From IMG/VR virus record IMGVR_UViG_3300045988_025362, positions 1-41,435 of that record: DNA of 41,435 nt; one strand, 5' to 3'. This stretch comes from a virus. Shown piece by piece: positions 1-6,544 of the stretch; the stretch's first letter is position 1; each line of letters starts with the position of its first letter. The notes below the pieces were generated by a model that searched no databases, had not been told where the DNA came from, and saw only the letters and a program-made list of their open reading frames with translations. The position numbers and the translations under genes are program-made.

Positions 1-24
1 GTGGGCGATGAGGGACTCGAACCC
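1..24. repeat. att core, left copy (displaced tRNA 3' fragment)
   Basis: gtgggcgatgagggactcgaaccc is identical to 41412-41435. Its reverse complement GGGTTCGAGTCCCTCATCGCCCAC reads as T-loop, T-stem and acceptor 3' strand. Bases 25-80 cannot complete a cloverleaf because there is no GGGCGAT 5' acceptor strand. Confidence 0.85.
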
Positions 25-100
25 TTTACGCTCGGTTTTCCGAATCGTTGGCATTCCGCCATTTTCCCAGTGTTTTCAAGGGTTTTCGCATGGTTTGCAA

Positions 101-130
101 TTCACTCCAATTCACTGCAAATCACTGCAA
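101..130 (+). repeat. Three tandem 10-bp units in the att arm
   Basis: ttcactccaa / ttcactgcaa / atcactgcaa lie head to tail in non-coding DNA 77 bp from the core. Confidence 0.7.
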
Positions 131-142
131 TTACCGGAAAAG

Positions 143-162
143 TGTGGGCAAAATGTGGGCAC
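143..162 (+). promoter_or_regulatory. Putative arm-type integrase-binding boxes (TGTGGGCA x2 in 11-bp register)
   Basis: tgtgggcaaaatgtgggcac is repeated exactly at 41332-41351 on the other side of the att core. Confidence 0.45.
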
Positions 163-371
163 GGAATCATCGAATCGTCGGTGGACCTCTGGAATCCAGT
201 GGTGAATCTGAATTAAGAGATGGTTTCAGGGATTCAGGAAAAGGAAGCTGCCCCGCCATGCCTATAATGAAGACACGCGATTAGGATTTGCGGAAAATAC
301 ATGAAGCACGTAAATTTATCAGATTATCCAAATGGTGGAGAGTCAACCAAGGATAGCAAGGGGTTGTCGGC

Positions 372-878
372 ATGGCTGAGTTGGTGTGGAAGCAAGCGCG
401 CGACAATGCGAAAACAGTGTTGGATGAAAACTGGGATCAGCAGCTTCCAGTGAATATAGAACAGATATGCAGGGCGTGCGGCGTCATAACCTACAGGCGT
501 GTCATGCCGGACGATTTATCCGGCATGATCGTGAAGCGAGCCACGGAGAAGAACGCGAGGGCTTTCATCGACAGTGACGAGCCTGCTGTGCGCCGTCGAT
601 TCACGCTCGCTCATGAACTCGGGCATTTCATAGAGCGTACCGTCCTGGCTAAAGACAATGAATATGGATTCAGGGAAGTTCGTATGGGTGGTCGCAGGGA
701 GAACGATTACTTCCCGCACGAGTTCTTCGCCGACGAGTTCGCAGGCGCGATTCTCATGCCTGAGACGAAGGTCAGGGAGTTCAAATCCGAAGGGAAGAGC
801 GTGCAGGAGATGGCGCGTCTGTTCGACGTGTCCGTTAGTGCCATGAAAATGCGTTTAGATAATTTGCGTAGGCAGTAG
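372..878 (+). CDS. ImmA/IrrE-family (COG2856-type) zinc metallopeptidase, orphan copy
   Basis: 168 aa with the HEXXH motif HELGH (612-626), followed by FADEFAGAILMP, typical of ImmA/IrrE. There is no adjacent XRE partner. Confidence 0.8.
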   Translation: MAELVWKQARDNAKTVLDENWDQQLPVNIEQICRACGVITYRRVMPDDLSGMIVKRATEKNARAFIDSDEPAVRRRFTLAHELGHFIERTVLAKDNEYGFREVRMGGRRENDYFPHEFFADEFAGAILMPETKVREFKSEGKSVQEMARLFDVSVSAMKMRLDNLRRQ

Positions 879-879
879 T

Positions 880-1335
880 TTGCGGATGCGTGGGGAAGTG
901 GACGATTCCGATTATGCCGATAGGCAATATGATTTCAGTAAGAGTGACATACGGCTTCCTTCGGATTTGGACGAGCAGGCGAAGGGTTTGCAGAATGAGC
1001 GTGATCCACTTGCGTCGGAGTCCGATGTGTCCCGGTCGAAGGATCCGGATGAGCTGGGGCGTCTGATCTCAAAGGTGCTGCGTTTCCACCCGTTTATGAG
1101 ATTGTTCAACGTTTGTGCCACTTCCATGTATCTTGACAAGGCAAGGGGTGAGCGTATGCGGCTTTTCTCTGAAAGTCATCCCAGGTTCAGAAGAGTGTGC
1201 ATGATTGGCGAGTTCGTGTTTACCGCGCTGCTTGCTCTCCTGATTCTCTGGGCTATCGGTCTCACTGTCATGAAGTTTTTCGGGGTTAATCTCACGTGGC
1301 CGATTGTGCTGTCGGTTCCATGCGTCGGCCGCTAG
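880..1335 (+). CDS. Hypothetical membrane protein with an acidic disordered N-terminus and a C-terminal TM hairpin
   Basis: The TTG at 880 (or ATG at 886) lies 1 nt after the peptidase stop, suggesting translational coupling. The C-terminus IGEFVFTALLALLILWAIGLTVMKFF..LTWPIVLSVPCV is hydrophobic. Confidence 0.55.
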   Translation: MRMRGEVDDSDYADRQYDFSKSDIRLPSDLDEQAKGLQNERDPLASESDVSRSKDPDELGRLISKVLRFHPFMRLFNVCATSMYLDKARGERMRLFSESHPRFRRVCMIGEFVFTALLALLILWAIGLTVMKFFGVNLTWPIVLSVPCVGR

Positions 1336-1337
1336 GT

Positions 1338-1835
1338 TTACCAGACCATCGGCAGGTTGAGGCATTGGCGCGCCCACCGTTCCACCGCCAGATTCTCCTC
1401 GTCGTCGCCAAGCAGGAGGAGGAAGCCCGCGTTCTTGCCGAGCGAAGCGGGTTCCAGCTTCTTGATCACGCCACGCTCCTGTAGCCATACGGCGGCGTCG
1501 CTGAATTGCTTCTTTGCGTTGAGTTCGCGCTTGCGCATGATTTTGTCGGCGTCTTCGCTCATGGCTTGCTCCGGAGTGAGCATGACCATTCCATGATCGT
1601 CGGAGAATGAGCGCCAGCCGAGCGTGTAGTAGCGGCATGGCGCGTTGACCTTGCGCAGCTTCTCAGGCGGCTGGTTGCGTTCGCGGTCCCAGTCGTAGGT
1701 TTGGTCGCACATGTATGCGAGTACGAGTTGCGCCATGGCGTAGACTCCGATGTTGTCGCCTCGCTGGTATGCGAGGCGTCCTTTGCTGGCGAGCTCGTAG
1801 AAGGCGTCGGTGTTCTTGTATCCCATTGGTTTCAT
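1338..1835 (-). CDS. Hypothetical protein, possibly a winged-helix DNA-binding protein
   Basis: The ORF spans 1338-1850. The ATG at 1835 is preferred because GGAGG lies 8 nt upstream. The C-terminal VWLQERGVIKKLEPASLGKNAGFLLL looks wHTH-like. The gene converges on 880-1335 with a 2-nt gap. Confidence 0.55.
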   Translation of the reverse strand: MKPMGYKNTDAFYELASKGRLAYQRGDNIGVYAMAQLVLAYMCDQTYDWDRERNQPPEKLRKVNAPCRYYTLGWRSFSDDHGMVMLTPEQAMSEDADKIMRKRELNAKKQFSDAAVWLQERGVIKKLEPASLGKNAGFLLLLGDDEENLAVERWARQCLNLPMVW

Positions 1836-1896
1836 CGTCTTTCCCTCCATGCCTCGCGGTATTCTGGTGCACGGAGAATCGTCCTAGGTTTTCCCC

Positions 1897-1934
1897 GCCC
1901 GCGTGGTTCTGACCAACCGCGTGGGCTTTTATTT
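1897..1934 (+). terminator. Rho-independent-type hairpin, plus-strand polarity
   Basis: gcccgcgtgg (1897-1906) pairs with ccgcgtgggc (1917-1926), giving 10 bp with 2 GU. The loop is 10 nt and is followed by ttttattt. There is no T-run on the other strand. Confidence 0.5.
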
Positions 1935-2161
1935 AATGTTTTGAACTATAGCACCACTCAAGTGTATAATCAAATTTATACAACGAATATAACGAAAGTA
2001 ACAGGAACCCGCTGCTACGGTATTACCAGCGTTATACATATATAAGACGTACCAGTTCTTAACATTCTTTTTATAAGGGGAATGTGCCAAAAAGAAAAAA
2101 ATCAGCATGTCCAATCCCCATCTGCGGTAGCTTGAAGCAGAGAGAAGGAAGGGGAGATCCT

Positions 2162-2866
2162 ATGAATGCGAGACTCGACGAAATTGCAGCCTGGAGGCCT
2201 GCGCCTTCAGGTGGCCTGGAAAGCGCCGTCAACGAATACGGCTACCCGACCGTGATTCATCGCACGCCCAGCAGGCTCGTGGAAGAATGCGAGATAGCCT
2301 TCGACGCAGGGCTTTTGCTTGCAGCGCTGAGCCTCGTCGTGACTATACCCGACGTCTGCGCAAAAGCCGTCGGCATGAAGTACACCGATTGGTGCGTGAA
2401 ATACCTGGATCTTCCAAATGCCGGCGAGAAGATGAACGCTGAGCGAAAAGACGAGAAGAGCCAAGACGAGATTAGCGATGAGCTCAACGGCATAACGGCG
2501 CGAGGTGCATTCACCGCCTCAGACCTCTACCAGCTGCGCTGTGCAGTGGTCCATGCGGGGTCCTCGGTCATCGAGGGCAAAGGAAAGGATTACAGCCCCT
2601 ACAAAGTCATCGGGGTATGCGTCCAAGGCGACGAGTGCGGAATCGTCGCGAGCTATGGCCATACCGGAGTTGGTGCGGAAAACTTGAAGGCCTGCGCATA
2701 CGACTGCGTTATCAAGCTCGAAGGCCTCATCTCTCGCATGGCCAAGGGCGTCGTCTCGTTCCTTGAAGAAGATCCCGAACGGGATTGCGAAAGAGGCATC
2801 AAGACAGGGATCGACCGTCGAGGTGTGACGGATTTCAGACCGCTAAGCCGAATCTCCTATCGTTAA
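2162..2866 (+). CDS. Hypothetical protein, candidate HEPN-like (Rx4H) domain protein
   Basis: 234 aa from the ATG at 2162, with a GGAG-type RBS. An RCAVVH motif lies at 2537-2554, preceded by helical ECEIAFDAGLLLAALSLVVTIPD. The gene is flanked by AT-rich DNA on both sides. Confidence 0.6.
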   Translation: MNARLDEIAAWRPAPSGGLESAVNEYGYPTVIHRTPSRLVEECEIAFDAGLLLAALSLVVTIPDVCAKAVGMKYTDWCVKYLDLPNAGEKMNAERKDEKSQDEISDELNGITARGAFTASDLYQLRCAVVHAGSSVIEGKGKDYSPYKVIGVCVQGDECGIVASYGHTGVGAENLKACAYDCVIKLEGLISRMAKGVVSFLEEDPERDCERGIKTGIDRRGVTDFRPLSRISYR

Positions 2867-2869
2867 AAA

Positions 2870-2971
2870 AGTGGTTGGATTTTTAGAGATAATATTCGTT
2901 AAATTAGTGGTTGGGATTCGGCGGGCATCATCTTGATTGTCCAACCAGATATTTACCAATTTCCAACCACT
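2870..2971. repeat. Nested direct/inverted 9-bp repeat set (AGTGGTTGG)
   Basis: AGTGGTTGG occurs at 2870-2878 and 2906-2914. Its reverse complement CCAACCACT is at 2963-2971, with a near-copy CCAACCAG at 2941-2948. The context is AT-rich and non-coding. Confidence 0.7.
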
Positions 2972-2990
2972 TATTTTACATACCTAATAT

Positions 2991-3024
2991 AAAAGCCCCA
3001 CAATCTGTGGGGCTTAATGTTTTT
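2991..3024. terminator. Bidirectional rho-independent terminator between convergent genes
   Basis: agccccaca (2994-3002), loop atc, tgtggggct (3006-3014). A-run upstream and T-run downstream give T-tracts on both strands. Confidence 0.75.
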
Positions 3025-3313
3025 AGAGGCTGTTCACGGCATTGTAGAATTCCTGCGCGTCCTCGGCTTTCTTGAATTTCAGTGGCAGTGAGCGCAACGC
3101 ACTGTATTTCCATGTGACGGTGCGCTTCTTGATCGTCACTCCTTGCAGGTCGCTCACCTGGTATGCTTCGGTCTTCTTATACCGGTGCAGGTACGTCGTG
3201 CAGACATCCAATTCCAAGCGATTGGCATACAGGCGGATACCCATAAACAGCGGATCGTCAAGCCTTTCGCACGTGTAGATCGCGTCCGGTGCAGGCTGTG
3301 GTCTCTTCGCCAT
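3023..3313 (-). CDS. Hypothetical small protein, third gene of the immunity operon
   Basis: 96 aa from the ATG at 3313 (RBS aaggga). An alternative TTG at 3352 overlaps the ImmA stop. The protein is beta-rich and basic, with no recognisable motif. Confidence 0.6.
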   Translation of the reverse strand: MAKRPQPAPDAIYTCERLDDPLFMGIRLYANRLELDVCTTYLHRYKKTEAYQVSDLQGVTIKKRTVTWKYSALRSLPLKFKKAEDAQEFYNAVNSL

Positions 3314-3348
3314 GATTGTTCCCTTCTTTTTCTCTTTGATTCTATTGC

Positions 3349-3801
3349 TCAAATGATGCAGACTCGCTCAGACATTGCCAGTCGGAAGTCTCCGAGCACC
3401 TGCTGGGTCACCTCCAGTTCCTGGGAGATGTTCCACGAATTCCCTTCGTACATTTGTTCCAGCATGCCGTAGCGGAGTGGGTCTATCAGCGTCAAGGCGG
3501 TTTCGCGTCTCGCCCTATGCTCCTCGCGACTCTGTGCCACATGGTCGCATGACGTGTCGCCGTGCCGCCAATGCAAGAGCTCGTGCACCAAAGTGCAGCG
3601 CTTCGCCGTGTACGTGAGCCTGCGGTCGATCAGTATCACCTCGGTCGCGGCGTCGTAGCAGCCCCATAGTCCGTCCGGCAGTATGGCGCTGGATACGGTG
3701 ACGGGCAGGCCGATGATGGCGCGGCGCATGGCGCCGTAGGTCATGCGCCGGTCGATCGGCAGGTCAGGCAGGCTCGTCGTAATCCGGCCCAGCCTCTCCA
3801 T
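3349..3801 (-). CDS. ImmA/IrrE-family metallopeptidase (antirepressor protease of the immunity module)
   Basis: The motif HELLHWRHGD (HEXXH) is present. The ATG at 3801 has GGAGG 6 nt upstream. The gene overlaps the 3' end of the XRE repressor gene. Confidence 0.85.
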   Translation of the reverse strand: MERLGRITTSLPDLPIDRRMTYGAMRRAIIGLPVTVSSAILPDGLWGCYDAATEVILIDRRLTYTAKRCTLVHELLHWRHGDTSCDHVAQSREEHRARRETALTLIDPLRYGMLEQMYEGNSWNISQELEVTQQVLGDFRLAMSERVCII

Positions 3802-4120
3802 TGATGGCCTCCTGCTTGCCAGCGGCGTTATAGGCGGCAAGACCATAACCGCCTGCCTGCGCTTTCCTCTCGGCTGCTTCGACAGCATGGCGTTTGGAGT
3901 CCATTACGATGTCTCCGATGGATACGCCGGTCACTTCGCTGATGCGTTCCAGGTCGCTCAGGTTGAGCGGGCGCGTGAAGTTCTGCCGTTTGTACCAGTA
4001 GTCCTCGCCGAAGCCGCAAGCCTTGGTGAATTCCTTGATGGTCATGCCGCTTTGCTTTTGAAGCCTGACGCACTCTCGCATGACCTGTTTTGCGAATGCG
4101 GTCACTTCGTTTGCTTTCAT
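3764..4120 (-). CDS. XRE-family HTH transcriptional repressor (CI/ImmR-like)
   Basis: The HTH reads MTIKEFTKACGFGEDYWYKRQNFTRPLNLSDLERISEVTGVS. The ATG at 4120 lies 7 nt after GGAGG. The gene is divergent from the Cro-like operon. Confidence 0.85.
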   Translation of the reverse strand: MKANEVTAFAKQVMRECVRLQKQSGMTIKEFTKACGFGEDYWYKRQNFTRPLNLSDLERISEVTGVSIGDIVMDSKRHAVEAAERKAQAGGYGLAAYNAAGKQEAINGEAGPDYDEPA

Positions 4121-4175
4121 ACCCATGCCTCCAGTATAGCCAATTACGTAGTCAATGTGTACAAATTGTAAAGAA

Positions 4176-4214
4176 CTATGCAAATTCATAGTCTAAATCT
4201 ACGAATTTGCATAG
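4176..4214. promoter_or_regulatory. Operator: perfect 12-bp inverted repeat in the divergent immunity region
   Basis: CTATGCAAATTC (4176-4187), 15 bp, GAATTTGCATAG (4203-4214), lying between the repressor and early operons. A second small palindrome tacaaattgta lies at about 4159-4169. Confidence 0.7.
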
Positions 4215-4241
4215 ATTAAAACCGTCGAAAGGAAAAACGAG

Positions 4242-4370
4242 ATGTTGAGCACCAAGAAGACCAAGACCCCTGACCACTACCCGTGCGGCCACATGCGCGG
4301 CCCCGGCTGGCACGACTGGCGCGCATGCCTCACCAAACATGGAATCGAGGAGGATGAATGGCCGGTCTGA
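4242..4370 (+). CDS. Small hypothetical protein (42 aa, Cys/His-rich)
   Basis: An RBS aaagga lies upstream. The sequence is MLSTKKTKTPDHYPCGHMRGPGWHDWRACLTKHGIEEDEWPV. The stop overlaps the start region of the next gene. Confidence 0.4.
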   Translation: MLSTKKTKTPDHYPCGHMRGPGWHDWRACLTKHGIEEDEWPV

Positions 4371-4606
4371 CGGAAACAGCCACCAGAAACCTCAAAGCGG
4401 AACTCGCCAGACACGACAAGACACCAAAAGACCTAGCAAAAGCATGGGGCCTTGAAATCAGAGCCGTAAACAACAGGCTCAAAGGCCACACGCCACTCTC
4501 GACGGACGAAATCGAAAAAGCTGCGGCCATGCTCGACATGGAACCTGAAAACCTCGTCATGCTCCTCATCCAGCCAATCGACAGCATCAAACAATTCAAA
4601 GCCTGA
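4358..4606 (+). CDS. Cro-like/XRE-type HTH DNA-binding protein
   Basis: 82 aa with the HTH KTPKDLAKAWGLEIRAVNNRLKG. It is the first substantial gene of the rightward early operon. Confidence 0.7.
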   Translation: MAGLTETATRNLKAELARHDKTPKDLAKAWGLEIRAVNNRLKGHTPLSTDEIEKAAAMLDMEPENLVMLLIQPIDSIKQFKA

Positions 4607-4628
4607 AAACCACACCAAAGGAGCACTG

Positions 4629-4853
4629 ATGTACATAAAGACCTACAACAAAGACCTGCGCAAGGCCTGCGTCGAAGCGATATTCAGCGAATTTGAGAAC
4701 AAGGGCGACGCCATCCGTCCGGCCTATGCCGACGGGTGGGACGAAATCGAAGCAAGGCGTTCGCTCGGTCACATCGTCGGATACGTCGACCTCGACGTGC
4801 CCGACCTCGTGGACGTCATCATCGACACGATCGCCAAGGAAGCGCAGAAATGA
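4629..4853 (+). CDS. Hypothetical early protein
   Basis: An RBS aaaggag is present. 74 aa and acidic. Confidence 0.6.
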   Translation: MYIKTYNKDLRKACVEAIFSEFENKGDAIRPAYADGWDEIEARRSLGHIVGYVDLDVPDLVDVIIDTIAKEAQK

Positions 4854-5065
4854 CCAGCCAACTACTCAACCCGCCGAAACCGCCGACACTCCACGAGACC
4901 GGATGCCTGCTGCTCGCATCAAGCGGCTTCTACATCCGCCTCCATGAGGACGGCAGCGCCAGCCTCGTTGACGGCATCCAAGACATCACCCTCGCGGACT
5001 TCACGTCAGCGGAAATCGAAGACATCGCCTACGGGCTCAACAACAAGGTGGGAAACACACGATGA
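4850..5065 (+). CDS. Hypothetical early protein
   Basis: ATGA start/stop overlap with the previous gene. 71 aa. Confidence 0.55.
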   Translation: MTSQLLNPPKPPTLHETGCLLLASSGFYIRLHEDGSASLVDGIQDITLADFTSAEIEDIAYGLNNKVGNTR

Positions 5066-5247
5066 GCTGGATGGACGACGGCGGATTCGATATGCAGGCC
5101 TTCACCGCCCAGGACGGCAGGCCGATGGCTCGAATGAGCTTCCGCACATCGACCGGCCAATACTACTTCAACTTCACCAAGACCGAAGTGCAGCGCGTCC
5201 GACGCGAATGCAATCGAATCCTCAAGGAACTGGAGGCAAGCAAATGA
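5062..5247 (+). CDS. Hypothetical early protein
   Basis: ATGA overlap with the previous gene. 61 aa. Confidence 0.55.
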   Translation: MSWMDDGGFDMQAFTAQDGRPMARMSFRTSTGQYYFNFTKTEVQRVRRECNRILKELEASK

Positions 5248-5471
5248 CCAGCCATGACCACCACCGTGACAGCGGGCAGGCGGGGGACGCGAAACCGAAC
5301 TACACGCTCCGCCGCGTCAAGACCCTGCTCGCCATCATCGCCTGCACCGCATCGGCGACACTGCTTTTCACTTGGCGGACGGCGGACTCACAGACCGCCA
5401 CCGTCCTCGTCAGCATCATCTACATTCTGACCGTCCTATGGCTGACCGTGCGGTTCGCCCCACGCGAATAA
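5244..5471 (+). CDS. Hypothetical two-TM membrane protein
   Basis: ATGA overlap with the previous gene. Two hydrophobic spans are present: LLAIIACTASATLLF and VLVSIIYILTVLWLTV. Confidence 0.55.
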   Translation: MTSHDHHRDSGQAGDAKPNYTLRRVKTLLAIIACTASATLLFTWRTADSQTATVLVSIIYILTVLWLTVRFAPRE

Positions 5472-5910
5472 AGCTTCCCACCAGCCGACAGTCCAACAAA
5501 CAAACCAAATTAGGGACGTTTTTACGGACATCCACGTTCACTCATGTCGGCTGGCGGGGAACACATATAACTGAATATCGATTATTATCCACGCGCCGAC
5601 CGCATCTTGCTTCACATACACTGTCGGCGCACTCGGCTGGGCGACGGTTCGCCCGTCCACGGATTCCAATCTTCTCCTGTCTAAATCTATGCAGGCACTC
5701 CGGTGCTTGCGGGTCCTTTCTTACTATGCCTGACTGCTTCGGTCACAGTCGGCCGCGCCACCGGACGTGAACGTGTTCAGGTCGCGTTCCAACGGTCAAA
5801 GGGGCGTTCGGAATCCAAGGACGGCATCGGTCCGACTCCGATGCCAGCCACTCAGCCCCATCCACTCGTCAGGGTGGGGCACACAACTTGCAACAAGCAA
5901 AGGAAAACCA

Positions 5911-6534
5911 ATGAAAATCACCACGCCAAACGGCATCCTCGAAGGCGACAGCATCGAAGCCATCCTCAAAAAATACGGAACCGCCTGCCTACTCGGTGCA
6001 TACCTGCGCTATGCAGACCTGCGCGATGCCGACCTGCGCGGTGCCGACCTGTTCCGCGCCGACCTGCGCGGTGCAAACCTGCGCGGTGCCTGCCTGTGTG
6101 ATGCCAACCTGTATGGTGCCTGCCTGCGCGATGCCGACCTGCGCGGTGCCGACCTGCGCGGTGCAAACCTATCGGAACTCACCGTCGCCCAAACCAGCAT
6201 CCTTCCGGATGAAGGCGACATCATCGGCTGGAAAAAAGCCCTCGCACTCGACGGAGCGCCCATCATCGTAAAACTTCTCATTCCATCCGACGCAAAACGC
6301 TCCAACAGCACCGGACGCAAATGCCGCGCCAACAAAGCCCGAATTCTCGACCTGCAAGACAGGCAAGGCAACAGCCTCCCACCAGACACCACGGCATACA
6401 GTTCATTCGACCCAGACTTCACCTACAAAAAAGGCGAAACCGTGCACGTCGAAGACTTCGATACCAACCGGTGGAACGAATGCGCCCCCGGCATCCACTT
6501 CTTCATCACCCGCATCGAAGCAGTCAAATACTAG
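5911..6534 (+). CDS. Pentapeptide-repeat protein with a C-terminal globular domain
   Basis: About 12 consecutive A(D/N)LXX pentapeptides ([26 protein letters not shown]...) are encoded at 5992-6175. The RBS aaagga precedes the ATG at 5911. The C-terminal domain is ...[19 protein letters not shown]. Confidence 0.85.
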   Translation: MKITTPNGILEGDSIEAILKKYGTACLLGAYLRYADLRDADLRGADLFRADLRGANLRGACLCDANLYGACLRDADLRGADLRGANLSELTVAQTSILPDEGDIIGWKKALALDGAPIIVKLLIPSDAKRSNSTGRKCRANKARILDLQDRQGNSLPPDTTAYSSFDPDFTYKKGETVHVEDFDTNRWNECAPGIHFFITRIEAVKY

Positions 6535-6544
6535 GAGGCTCCAA

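Noticed and set aside
1-284. Three overlapping plus-strand ORFs (1-216, 8-205, 48-284) at the left end.
   Set aside because: They span the att core and arm repeats, have no RBS and have nonsense-like composition. The shared VGKMWA peptide merely reflects the duplicated TGTGGGCA-box DNA.
2084-2161. The upstream start at 2084 for the HEPN-like ORF (MPKRKKSACPIPICGS...).
   Set aside because: The extension lies in AT-rich promoter-like DNA and lacks an RBS. The ATG at 2162 follows a purine-rich GGAG-type site.
5992-6175. Striking 15-bp periodic DNA repeats (gccgacctgcgcggt-like units) that could be taken for a tandem-repeat locus or CRISPR-like array.
   Set aside because: There are no unique spacers. 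The periodicity is exactly 5 codons and translates to A(D/N)LXX pentapeptide repeats inside a well-supported ORF.
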